IMG/VR virus record: IMGVR_UViG_3300036985_009306
Span: 64,001-128,000 of that record
Reading direction: 5' to 3' (one strand)
Source of the DNA: a virus
Length of the DNA stretch: 64,000 nucleotides
Shown one piece after another: positions 28,187-38,418 of this stretch (the first letter of the stretch is position 1; every line of letters begins with the position of its first letter). Both the position numbers and the translations under genes were made by a program. A model generated the notes under the pieces. The model did not search any database. It was not told where the DNA came from and saw only the letters and a program-made list of their open reading frames with translations.

Positions 28187-31100
28187 ATGTCAAATGACCG
28201 CACATCTCCAGTCACCACAAGCAATATACCATTTGGTTGGAATAAAGTTGATTCATTTGAAGTCAAATTGACCGCTGTTGATTATGGTGACACGATTTAT
28301 GATGCTCCTTCAGGAGTTCTTAAGACATATTATACTACTGATGGTTCTGATCCTTCAACTTCTTCTTCAAGTGGACCTGTGGGTGGAGGAGCTCAATTTT
28401 CTGTTGCTGATCAGGGAATTACTACTGTAAAATATTTTTCTATTGACAATAATGGAAATGCAGAACAGATAAGAACAAATCTTTTAAGATTAAATAACAT
28501 AGGACCGGTAACTGTTTATTCTACAGTTCCTTCTTCTCCAGATGGAACAAATGGGTGGTTTAAAACAAATTCAACAATAACGTTATCTGTTTTTCCAACA
28601 AGTTGTGTGACTTATTACAAATGGGATTCAGGTTCTTTTCAAACGTATTCTTCTCCATTTCATATTCCTTCTGTTGAAGGTATTCATTCACTTGAATTTT
28701 ATTCTAAAGATGAATTAGGAAATATAGAGGATATTCAAACTGCTTTTTTTAAGTTTGATGATACTGCACCTGTTTCTCAAGATGATGCACCTTTTGGACT
28801 TCAAACTCAGCCTCTTACAGTAAATCTTTTTTCATCTGATAATGCTTCAGGTGTAGAAAATATTTATTACACTACTGATGGAACAGATCCAACAACTAGT
28901 TCTCAATCAGGAACATCTGTTGTGATTGCTGCATCAGGTAGCCCTGCACCTCTTTATCCCATTTTCTTAAAATACTTTTCTGTAGATTTTGCAGGAAATC
29001 AAGAACCAATTAATACAGCTATAGTTAATCTTTTCTTGAATACAGAGATTCCTCAAATCTATATTTCTGAAAATTTTGCAATTAATGGCAAACATGGTTG
29101 GTATACATCTTCTCCTTTAATTACATTGGCTGCTGTTGGTCCTCAAGGAATTAAAGAAATTCTTTATAAACTTTATCCTGTAAATAACGCTACAACAGCA
29201 AAATATACAAGTACCGTTGATATTTCTTCAACAGTTGATTTGTCACAAAATTATTTGATTAATATAGAAATTGATCAAGTTACTACATTACAAATAAATG
29301 TGAGAGGTGCAATTTCTTCTCAAACGACAATAATTGAAATCATTAATGCAATTAATAATACTTTTGGAAGCGTCATTGCAACTCAAACAGATAAATATGG
29401 TAGTTCTACAGGTGCAGGTTATATAACTTTAACTTCACCTACAGGGGGAACAGGAAGTGCAACATCAGAGATAAATTTTTTACAACCCACAAGTAATGAT
29501 GCAACTTTAGCTGTTTTTGGTCTTGATTCTGCTTATCCTCATACTTTCACAGAAACTGTAGTATTTATTCCATATACTTCTCCTGTTAGCTTGTCTCATG
29601 ATGGAATATGGCAAATAGATTTTTATGCTGTATCAATAAATAACACAATGACAGGCACCATTACTTCTTATGATTCAGGTACCGGTGCATTAGTTGTTGA
29701 AATCACCAGTATGTCAGGTTATGGTACTTATAGTGCATGGTCTATAACTTCAGGAATTAATACTACATTTTCCACAACTTCATTGACAATTAGTAAGGGA
29801 ACTCAAAATCTTACTGTTGGTTTGGGCCTTGCTTTGACTGCAGGTCAAGAAGTTGTTATAAGAAATACAAGCGGAGTAGGCTCAAAACAATATAAATTAG
29901 ATTCAGTTTTACCAGTAACTTATGTAATTAATAGTTTTAGACCTGATGCGAATAATAATTGGTATAAAACAAGTCCTCTAATTGGGTTTAATCCTACAGA
30001 TAGTCTTTCAGGTATTTTTAAGACATTTTTCCAATGGGATAATGGAATAGTTTCTGAGCTACAAAATGGTGCAATGTCAGGAGTTGTTGCGTCTTACAAT
30101 TCTGGTACAGGTGCTTTAAGTGTTGATATTACTAATACAACAGGTTCAGGTACATTTAATTCTTGGTTAGTTTCTGATAATATAACATTTTCTAATACAT
30201 CTTTGACTATCAGTACAGGACTTAAGACTTTAACTGTAGGTCTTAATCTCAATTTACAATCAGATCAACAAATTATTGTTTGTTTTGATAATGATAATTT
30301 AATGACAGGAACTGTTGTTTCTTATAATTCTGGTTCTGGGGTATTAGAAGTAAATGTTACAAGTATAATAGGTTCAGGTACTTACGATATATGGACTGTA
30401 TTATTAGTAGATTGTACTATAACATCATCAATTACTTTATTATCAATTAATACTGGTGTTCAAGATTTGATTGTAGGTACAGGTCTTAGTTTTTCTGTTG
30501 GTCAACAGATTATTATTACGCCTCAATTTACTCAAATTCCAAAAGAAGGAATTCATCTACTAAAAGTTTATTCTGAAGATATGGCAGGTAATGTAGGAGA
30601 AATTCAATCTTTTACTTATAAATTAAGTCAAACAGGTCCAGCAACTACAGATAATACAATTTTTTACCAAGGAATAATATACACAGCAATAGGCACAGGT
30701 TATCAGGACATAATTCAAGAAAATTCAATAGTTTTGGGAACATATCAGATTCAAACGGTAAATCCAAATGTTGTTTCTGTTATTAGTATATATAATGTTA
30801 CTCAAAGTAGATATTATCATCTTGAATCAATAACCGGAATAAATCGAAACATAATTTATCTTATTGATAATGGTTTTCCACTTTCTGTAAGTGATCATTT
30901 GGAAGTTACTTATTTTTATGTCATTTCTCATGATCCTCCTGTTTTAAATACTAATGAATTTTGTCTGACTGTACCTCCATTTCAGCCTTATACTATAGAT
31001 TATGATGCAAATATAAGACTTTATCCTACTGATGAATCTACTAATGAAATTGAAGTAACTTATTATACAATAGATGGTTCAATTCCTACAATAAATTCTT

Positions 31101-34100
31101 TGGTTTATGATCCTACAATAGGAATAAATCTTACAACTTCTGGAACATATGTTATAAAATATTTTTCAATTAATATTGCTGGAAATGTTGAAAGTCCTAA
31201 AACAGCACAGTATAGAGTAATTATAGATAAAGACATTCCAGTATTGGATGTGAATCTTATATCTGATCCCAGTTTAAATGGTTGGTATGGAATTAAAAAT
31301 AGTTCTTCAACAACACCTTTAACAATTTCTGTAGGAACTAAAACTTTATTTATAGATTCTGGACTTACCATACTGCAGGGTCAACAAGTTGTTATTACAT
31401 ATGATACAAATAATGTGATGACAGGTGTTGTTTCTTCTTATGATTCTATTATTGGTCAGTTAGTTGCTAACATAACAAATATAATAGGCATAGGTACAGG
31501 ATTATTTCCTTGGGTTGTTTCAATACAAGCATTTGCCATTGGAGTAGAGACATGGACTTCTGATAGAATTTTTCGTTATAATGAAACAGCAACAGTCATT
31601 GATTCTATAACACTCGAACTTTCAAATTATTTTGTTAAATCTATAGAATTAATTGAAACTTCAGTTACACATCAAGTAGTCCCATTATCTGGAATTACTA
31701 TTATTCCAGGCCCTACAGGTTTTTATAACAGAATTCAAGTAGCTACTACTTTACCTATAATATCTACAACAGCTGGATATTTTGTTATAGGTGGTATTTA
31801 TACAATTGTTTCTATAGGATCTACAAATTTTACATTAATTGGAGCAAGTTCAAATACAGTTGGAGTTACTTTTACGGCAACTGGAGTAGGTTCTGGAACA
31901 GGAACTGTAAAAGAAGCTATTTTAGTTGATTATTCTCATTATATAGGACTTGATAGAGTTGATTTTAATTTAGATTCAGATCTGGTTACTGCAGGTAATT
32001 TTGTTGTAGGACAATCTTATATTATTACTTTTGTAGGAACTACAGATTTTACTTTGATTGGAGCAAGTTCAAATACAATAGGAGTTGCATTTACTGCAAC
32101 AGGAACAGGATCAGGTACTGGAACAGCAATATTTTCAGTAGATTTAAAACCTGTTTATGCTAATCTTTCAAAATTTTTAGGAATAAAATCCTCTTTTTCA
32201 GAACAATTGACTCTTCAAGGAACCATAGGCTTCTATTATAGTGTTATAACTCGTATTCCTATAGTAGAAGGTAGTTTAATTGTCACTAAAAATTCAACAC
32301 CATTGACATTAAATACCGATTATACATTTGATTCAGCAACAGGAAAAATTAGTTATTTGACATCTGTTTTAATAACTGATGTTCTAGCAACTTCTTATTA
32401 TCAAGATGGTGTAAAGTTTGGATTTACGCTTCTAGCAACTCCTGGTCAATTCTTTTTAAATGAAGGCATTCACACTATTTATTCTAAATCATATGATCGT
32501 AATTCTGTTCTTTATAGTGATGAGCCTCAAAAATTTGGTACTCAAAGTACTCAGTTCAAACTTGATCGTGTAATACCTGTAACTACAGATAATGTTCTTA
32601 ATGTTGGTTGGCAAATATCTCCTGTTACAGTTAGATTATTCCCTTATGATATAGGTTCAGGGATAGATAAAACTTATTATACTACAAATGGTTCTGATCC
32701 TACAACTAGTTCTTCAATTTATGATGTTTCAACAGGAATAATTCTTACAGCAACAGGTGTTTACACTATAAAATATTTTTCAACAGATAAAGCAGGAAAT
32801 ACAGAAAATATAAAGTCTGCTGCTTATCAGGTTTGGGTTGATGCTTCGTTGCCTGTTTCGAATTATACAATTTCTCCTTCATCTCCCGATGGAAATGATG
32901 GATGGTATATAACAGATCCTACAATACATATTACTGCTTCTGATCCTGATTCCGGAATTGCAGCAATTTATTACAGAGTAAATTCTGGACCCCTTTCAAA
33001 CTATGATCCAAGTGGTATCTTAGTACCATTTCAGGGTTTAAATACGATAGAATTCTATAGTGTAGATAACGTAGGAAACATAGAATACCCTCATCATCAA
33101 ATAGACGTTAAATGGGACAATGTTCCACCTTCTACTACAACAGATATTACAAGTAATTATACTTCTAGTTCAATAATACGTTTTATTTCAAATGATGCTT
33201 CATCTGGATATGATACAACTTATTATACTACTGATGGTTCAACTCCTACAACAAGTTCGTCAAATGGTAGTTTTGTATTAACAGGTACATTTCTTCTAAA
33301 ATTCTTTTCTACAGACAAAGCAGGAAATCAAGAAGCAGTTCAATCACATCAATTTTATTTTGATTTTACTCCTCCTCAAATAACTAATTTTCAGCCTATA
33401 GGTTGTATAATTACTGACTCAACAACTGAGATTACTTTTGACATTACTGACGATCTTTCAGGAGTTGACATAGAATCTGTTTATTTGAATGTTGATGGTA
33501 TCATATATTCTACAACAAAAAATTCAAGCAAATTTAGTTATGTAGAACATTCTCCTCTTTCATATTCAATTACTCTTGTATTAGATTCTCAAGATGATCT
33601 AAATTTCCAAAACATCGATATTCTGATAGTAAATGCAAAAGACAATGTAGAAAATGCAACAAGTTTAGAATTTAATTTTGTTCATGAAGATACTATTCCA
33701 CCTTGGGTGTGTCAAGTATGGCCAGCACCAAATGTGCAGGATGTGTCTCTAAATTCAAATATAGCAGCTCTTATTGATGATGATCTATCAGGTGTGGATA
33801 TTAAATCTGTTAGAATATCTGTCAATGCTGTCGATTTTAATCTTAATTATAGAGATGTTCTAAACGTTCAATATACTGGTACTGCAAGTTCAGCAATTCT
33901 TAAAGTTTATAATTATACGTTTACTACTTATATTGATGGTCAAACTGATATTACTTTTAGTTTGTATGAAGGCGGTTATAATACAATTCAAAAGATTTTG
34001 CTTTATTTTAATAGTTTGGCAAATTATTCAGCATCGATTATAGACTCTAAGCTTGCTCAACAACCAAGTATTTTCCTTTTGAATTCTCATAATTTGGACA

Positions 34101-35440
34101 TATTACATCAAGATAACATACTTCATCTTTCTATACCTAATGAAAATAGCAATTTTTCTTTTATTGAAAGGGCAAATGGTTATTTAGTTTTTGCAGATCC
34201 TAGTTTTAATTTTCAACATTTGTCACCTGTTAATGTGATCATTAATGCTTCAGATAATTCTGGAAATTCAATGGTCCCTTTTTCATATGTGTTTATACCT
34301 CATGTTTATGCAACACCTTCCATTCAAGACAGAAATTATGTCAATCAAATTGCTTTGCAATATATTCAAAATCTTCAAGCTAATATTGCAAGTAACTATG
34401 TTCATTCTAAATCTACAGAATTCTATGGTCATAATAAAGCAATTTGTCTTGAATTAGGTAGACATCAACAACAAATAGATCTTCTTAATAAAGATAGAAG
34501 CTATTCTACATTAACAGAAGCCTATCTTTACGACAAATTGGGATATTTGCTTTATACAATGCCTACGATTGGAATGTCACATGATGATTATAGAGCATTG
34601 TTACAATCTCTTATATTAATTTTGTTTCAGGGTTCTCTCAAATCTTCTCTTGAACAAGGCATCTCATTATTAACAGATCTGACTGTTAATATTACAGAGT
34701 TAGTTTTTGCTCCTGGTTCTGATATATCAGAACAATTCATGATTTATGTGGATCTTTTATTGGACAGTGCACCATTAGCAGGTGTTGATCTCATTGTACT
34801 TAGTAATAATTTAGCCCATATATTTGAATTAGTGAAACCAGCACATATATTTATAGTCCAACGTTTTGTCTGGACTGAACCTGAAGTATTTCATTTACAA
34901 GATGAATTTTACTCTATAACATTTAGTGGAAGATTTACTGAAGAACAATTAGGAATTTATAAAGATACAGATAATAAAACTGTTGACCATGAATATTCTC
35001 AATTTTTACATACTATTAGTAGTACTGAAGATTTTAATTTTCATTTTGGGATGCAATTTGATGAAGATGCTCATAGTCAACTTATGCCCAGTCTCTTGAT
35101 TTTGAATGACAGGAATACATATTTAACTGAAAATTATATACTAATACCAAATCGATTTATATCGGACTATGTCAATGTGACATTAACTATTACAACATTT
35201 TCAAGTTCTTCTTTGACGATTAGTTCAGGCATTCAAAATTTGACAGCAATTACAGGTCTTATTCACTTACCCACAGGTTTGGAAATTATTATTAAATATG
35301 ATGACAGTAATTTGATGTCAGGTACTATTATTTCTTATAATTCTAGTACTGGAGATTTAAGCGTAAATATTACAGCAATAGTAGGTTCAGGAACATATAG
35401 TTCTTGGTCAGGAGAAATTTTTTATTTTAATGAAATTTAA
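28187..35440 (+). CDS. Giant (2417-aa) baseplate wedge/appendage protein with Ig-like and CHB_HEX_C-like repeats
   Basis: Repeated YYTTDGSDPxTSS and xKYFSxDxAGNxE units. C-terminal LYDKLGYLL...DYRALLQSL...ELVKPAH resembles a wedge (P2 gpI/gp7-like) domain. Confidence 0.75.
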   Translation: MSNDRTSPVTTSNIPFGWNKVDSFEVKLTAVDYGDTIYDAPSGVLKTYYTTDGSDPSTSSSSGPVGGGAQFSVADQGITTVKYFSIDNNGNAEQIRTNLLRLNNIGPVTVYSTVPSSPDGTNGWFKTNSTITLSVFPTSCVTYYKWDSGSFQTYSSPFHIPSVEGIHSLEFYSKDELGNIEDIQTAFFKFDDTAPVSQDDAPFGLQTQPLTVNLFSSDNASGVENIYYTTDGTDPTTSSQSGTSVVIAASGSPAPLYPIFLKYFSVDFAGNQEPINTAIVNLFLNTEIPQIYISENFAINGKHGWYTSSPLITLAAVGPQGIKEILYKLYPVNNATTAKYTSTVDISSTVDLSQNYLINIEIDQVTTLQINVRGAISSQTTIIEIINAINNTFGSVIATQTDKYGSSTGAGYITLTSPTGGTGSATSEINFLQPTSNDATLAVFGLDSAYPHTFTETVVFIPYTSPVSLSHDGIWQIDFYAVSINNTMTGTITSYDSGTGALVVEITSMSGYGTYSAWSITSGINTTFSTTSLTISKGTQNLTVGLGLALTAGQEVVIRNTSGVGSKQYKLDSVLPVTYVINSFRPDANNNWYKTSPLIGFNPTDSLSGIFKTFFQWDNGIVSELQNGAMSGVVASYNSGTGALSVDITNTTGSGTFNSWLVSDNITFSNTSLTISTGLKTLTVGLNLNLQSDQQIIVCFDNDNLMTGTVVSYNSGSGVLEVNVTSIIGSGTYDIWTVLLVDCTITSSITLLSINTGVQDLIVGTGLSFSVGQQIIITPQFTQIPKEGIHLLKVYSEDMAGNVGEIQSFTYKLSQTGPATTDNTIFYQGIIYTAIGTGYQDIIQENSIVLGTYQIQTVNPNVVSVISIYNVTQSRYYHLESITGINRNIIYLIDNGFPLSVSDHLEVTYFYVISHDPPVLNTNEFCLTVPPFQPYTIDYDANIRLYPTDESTNEIEVTYYTIDGSIPTINSLVYDPTIGINLTTSGTYVIKYFSINIAGNVESPKTAQYRVIIDKDIPVLDVNLISDPSLNGWYGIKNSSSTTPLTISVGTKTLFIDSGLTILQGQQVVITYDTNNVMTGVVSSYDSIIGQLVANITNIIGIGTGLFPWVVSIQAFAIGVETWTSDRIFRYNETATVIDSITLELSNYFVKSIELIETSVTHQVVPLSGITIIPGPTGFYNRIQVATTLPIISTTAGYFVIGGIYTIVSIGSTNFTLIGASSNTVGVTFTATGVGSGTGTVKEAILVDYSHYIGLDRVDFNLDSDLVTAGNFVVGQSYIITFVGTTDFTLIGASSNTIGVAFTATGTGSGTGTAIFSVDLKPVYANLSKFLGIKSSFSEQLTLQGTIGFYYSVITRIPIVEGSLIVTKNSTPLTLNTDYTFDSATGKISYLTSVLITDVLATSYYQDGVKFGFTLLATPGQFFLNEGIHTIYSKSYDRNSVLYSDEPQKFGTQSTQFKLDRVIPVTTDNVLNVGWQISPVTVRLFPYDIGSGIDKTYYTTNGSDPTTSSSIYDVSTGIILTATGVYTIKYFSTDKAGNTENIKSAAYQVWVDASLPVSNYTISPSSPDGNDGWYITDPTIHITASDPDSGIAAIYYRVNSGPLSNYDPSGILVPFQGLNTIEFYSVDNVGNIEYPHHQIDVKWDNVPPSTTTDITSNYTSSSIIRFISNDASSGYDTTYYTTDGSTPTTSSSNGSFVLTGTFLLKFFSTDKAGNQEAVQSHQFYFDFTPPQITNFQPIGCIITDSTTEITFDITDDLSGVDIESVYLNVDGIIYSTTKNSSKFSYVEHSPLSYSITLVLDSQDDLNFQNIDILIVNAKDNVENATSLEFNFVHEDTIPPWVCQVWPAPNVQDVSLNSNIAALIDDDLSGVDIKSVRISVNAVDFNLNYRDVLNVQYTGTASSAILKVYNYTFTTYIDGQTDITFSLYEGGYNTIQKILLYFNSLANYSASIIDSKLAQQPSIFLLNSHNLDILHQDNILHLSIPNENSNFSFIERANGYLVFADPSFNFQHLSPVNVIINASDNSGNSMVPFSYVFIPHVYATPSIQDRNYVNQIALQYIQNLQANIASNYVHSKSTEFYGHNKAICLELGRHQQQIDLLNKDRSYSTLTEAYLYDKLGYLLYTMPTIGMSHDDYRALLQSLILILFQGSLKSSLEQGISLLTDLTVNITELVFAPGSDISEQFMIYVDLLLDSAPLAGVDLIVLSNNLAHIFELVKPAHIFIVQRFVWTEPEVFHLQDEFYSITFSGRFTEEQLGIYKDTDNKTVDHEYSQFLHTISSTEDFNFHFGMQFDEDAHSQLMPSLLILNDRNTYLTENYILIPNRFISDYVNVTLTITTFSSSSLTISSGIQNLTAITGLIHLPTGLEIIIKYDDSNLMSGTIISYNSSTGDLSVNITAIVGSGTYSSWSGEIFYFNEI

Positions 35441-35472
35441 GTTGTTCAACTAATATTAAAGGAGAGATATAA

Positions 35473-35604
35473 ATGAATAAACAAGAGACAATAAGTAGAG
35501 TCGAGAAAAAACCTATAGTAGAGAAATTTAAAAAATTGAGAGAAGAATCTGCAAGTGTTATTCTAATAGATAAAGACGGAAAACAAACTAAAATCAAAAT
35601 ATAG
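35473..35604 (+). CDS. Small basic 43-aa ORF not in the ORF track
   Basis: MNKQETISRVEKK...QTKIKI*, with GGAG at 35461. Fills the gap between 28187 and 35614. Confidence 0.55.
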   Translation: MNKQETISRVEKKPIVEKFKKLREESASVILIDKDGKQTKIKI

Positions 35605-35613
35605 GAGAAAAGT

Positions 35614-36429
35614 ATGTATCAATTTATTGAACGTGCAAAATTTCAAATTAAGGGTGAAGTATGGATAAAGATTGGAGACAATCTTACTAGAGAACAGATT
35701 TTAACTAAACCAGACAGACATATTGAAAATTTGATTGTTGATGTGGCAAGTGATTTGATTGCTCAATGGGCTCTAGTAAATGTTGATAATGCTGTTTCAG
35801 GTGATGTTTCAGACACTTCTATACACATACCGGGAATCTTAACTTTAGCTGTTGGAACTGGTGGTACAGGTTGGGATATTCAAAATCCACCTGTAGAAAC
35901 AGCTGATCTTACTGTGCTTTTTACAGAACTTGGTAGAAAAGCATTCATAAGTAAAAAGTATGTTGATAGTTATGGTAATGATCTTTCATCACCTTCTAAT
36001 CCGGCAACTGTTAGTACAAGTACAAGTCAATTTACCGTGGGTGTAAATATACCTACAGGGACCCTTATAATGCTTACAGCAACTTCACTCCCTAATCCGC
36101 TTCAAGCAAATTATGTATATTTTGCAATTAATGTAGATGCAACGAATATACGTCTTGCAACATCTTATTCTAATGCATTGTTAGGTGTTTTTATTACTTT
36201 GACTACTGCTGGAACAGGAGTAAATGTAGTTGCTATAACTAACATTATAGATTTATTAACTACGTTTACTAGCAGTGAAGTTGTTGGACCTTTAGTAGAA
36301 ATGGGGTTGTTTGGTGGAGTAGGTGCTTTGAGTGCTAACGGCGGGATACGTGTTAATGCGAAGCATTTTCCAGTAATTAATAAACCACCCTCGTCGCAAA
36401 TGTCAGTTCTCTACCGTCTAATATTTTGA
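35614..36429 (+). CDS. Tail-fibre attachment / baseplate protein
   Basis: LAVGTG...DLTVLFTELGRK...EMGLFGG...KHFPVINK pattern typical of tail-fibre N-terminal/adaptor domains. GGAG RBS. Confidence 0.65.
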   Translation: MYQFIERAKFQIKGEVWIKIGDNLTREQILTKPDRHIENLIVDVASDLIAQWALVNVDNAVSGDVSDTSIHIPGILTLAVGTGGTGWDIQNPPVETADLTVLFTELGRKAFISKKYVDSYGNDLSSPSNPATVSTSTSQFTVGVNIPTGTLIMLTATSLPNPLQANYVYFAINVDATNIRLATSYSNALLGVFITLTTAGTGVNVVAITNIIDLLTTFTSSEVVGPLVEMGLFGGVGALSANGGIRVNAKHFPVINKPPSSQMSVLYRLIF

Positions 36430-36456
36430 TTTTAAACAAATTATACTCTCATTTGT

Positions 36457-36494
36457 AAATTGCCTTTGATGAAAATTAAAGGCAATTTTTGTTT
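36457..36494 (+). terminator. Intrinsic terminator ending the tail block
   Basis: 14-bp stem AAATTGCCTTTGAT / ATTAAAGGCAATTT with GAAA loop, followed by TTGTTT. Confidence 0.85.
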
Positions 36495-36553
36495 ATTAAA
36501 AAAATAGTAAAATATTATTACTTTTTCCTTACTTTTTGTGTATATTATGAAAT

Positions 36554-38383
36554 ATGACAAGAAAATGTAAAGATTGTGGAAGAGATGTTGAAGTACTTTC
36601 TAAATTAGCTACTAAAGTCTTATGCAAAGAATGTAAAAGCAAAAAAAATAATGATTATCCACAAATTCTTAATGTTGATACAGATGATTTCATTTATTGT
36701 AGATTTTGTGGTTTAGTAAGAAAATCATTATCTCATCATATTAAAAAGTTTCATAAAATTACTGAAGAACAATATTTACAGCAGTTTGGTGATGTTCCAA
36801 TACAATCTAAAAATCTTTTTGAAAAAAGAAAGAATCGTTCTCAAGAATCAAGAGATAGAGTAAGTTTAACTTCAAAACAAGCATGGCAAGATTCTGAGTA
36901 TAGAAAAAAACAGATAGAAAGATTAAGAAATCAACATAGAGAACCATGGAAGATGTCAAAAGAAGGTGTTGAGCATATTAAAGAGGGACAGAATAAGTCT
37001 GTTAAAATGCAAGCAAGAAGAGAAAGAAAAAAGCAAAATGAGTTTAAAAGAAAAGAAGAGATAAGAACAGGAAAAGAAAGTTTAAAAGAATTTGTTCTTT
37101 GTCCTTTATGTTTAAGAGAAGGAAAAGATGAGATAGGCTCTAGATTTGAATGTTTAACATTTAAGCATTTAAAAAGTCATAATTATAGTTCAGAACAGTT
37201 TAAGAATGAATTTAAAGATTTTAAGTTTAAGATAGATAGATTGAGAAAAGAACATTCTGAGTGTTTATCTGGTGAGAACCATTTTAATTATGGAAAGAAA
37301 TATAGTGATGAACTTAAGCAAAATATTTCTAAAGGGGTCATAGAAACTTGGGATGAACATAATCCAAAAAAAATTTGTCCTCAGTGTGGAACAAGAATGT
37401 TAGAGAGAAATGAAAAAGAAGTTTGTAAGAATTGTATGTTTAAAATTTATGGTTTTGAAGATACTAATGAATATGTGTATTGTAGAATTTGTTTTAGAAT
37501 AAATGGAAATTTGACACAACATATTGTTAATGATCATCATATAACAACTGAAGCGTACAAAGAAACGTATCAATGTGAGATTTATTCAAAAAACAATAGA
37601 GATGCAATTGGAAAACATTTAATAAGTATTCCAATTACTGAACATCATAGAAATGCAATTAAACAATTTAATATAAGAAAAAATATTGAGAAAATTAGAT
37701 TAGAAGACGACTTTAAAAACGAAAATTATACTTTTTTATTAGAAAGAAAAATTCCATTTGATTTAGAAGATACATATGATTTTGTTTATTGTAGATATTG
37801 TTTAAGACAGATGAAGTTTGTGTCATCAGAACATTTATTTAATCATAATCTTACTGTATGGATGTATCATCAATTATTTCCTGACGTACCTTTATTTGCT
37901 AGATCAGTCATTAATAGAGTAGTAAGTAAAGGAGTAGCAACTAAGATAAGATTAGGTACGTTAAATCTTGGTTGTTATGGATATTCAGGGTATAGAAAAG
38001 ATATTGGACATTTTACAAGAAGTATGGTAGAAGCAAATTTTTGTAGAATTTTGATTTATAATAATGTAAAATATGAATATGAACCCAAAACATTTCCTCT
38101 TGAGCATGAAATTTATTCAAGTTATACACCTGATATATTGTTATTACAAGATTTTTATGCATGGAAAGAAGGAACGTTTTTGGAGTTAAAAAATAGAGGA
38201 ATGGATGAAGATAATGAAAAGAAGATGAATGTGTTTTTTGAAAAGTTTCCTGAGGTTGTATTAGTTGTATTAGATAAGTCATCACAAGAAGTAGTAAATT
38301 TAGAAAGATTGTATAGACATAAGATTGATTTATGGGAGACTAGTGAAAGAAATATCGAGACAACACCTGAGTTATATGTTTAG
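36554..38383 (+). CDS. Putative free-standing homing endonuclease: multiple Zn fingers, NUMOD3-like motif, C-terminal PD-(D/E)XK domain
   Basis: Four xxYCxxC...H...H repeats, GENHFNYGKKYSDELKQNISKG, and RSMVEANF...YEYEP...YTPDILL...FLELK. Confidence 0.7.
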   Translation: MTRKCKDCGRDVEVLSKLATKVLCKECKSKKNNDYPQILNVDTDDFIYCRFCGLVRKSLSHHIKKFHKITEEQYLQQFGDVPIQSKNLFEKRKNRSQESRDRVSLTSKQAWQDSEYRKKQIERLRNQHREPWKMSKEGVEHIKEGQNKSVKMQARRERKKQNEFKRKEEIRTGKESLKEFVLCPLCLREGKDEIGSRFECLTFKHLKSHNYSSEQFKNEFKDFKFKIDRLRKEHSECLSGENHFNYGKKYSDELKQNISKGVIETWDEHNPKKICPQCGTRMLERNEKEVCKNCMFKIYGFEDTNEYVYCRICFRINGNLTQHIVNDHHITTEAYKETYQCEIYSKNNRDAIGKHLISIPITEHHRNAIKQFNIRKNIEKIRLEDDFKNENYTFLLERKIPFDLEDTYDFVYCRYCLRQMKFVSSEHLFNHNLTVWMYHQLFPDVPLFARSVINRVVSKGVATKIRLGTLNLGCYGYSGYRKDIGHFTRSMVEANFCRILIYNNVKYEYEPKTFPLEHEIYSSYTPDILLLQDFYAWKEGTFLELKNRGMDEDNEKKMNVFFEKFPEVVLVVLDKSSQEVVNLERLYRHKIDLWETSERNIETTPELYV

Positions 38384-38418
38384 AAACTATTAAATCAAAC
38401 TTTTTGTTATGATAGATA

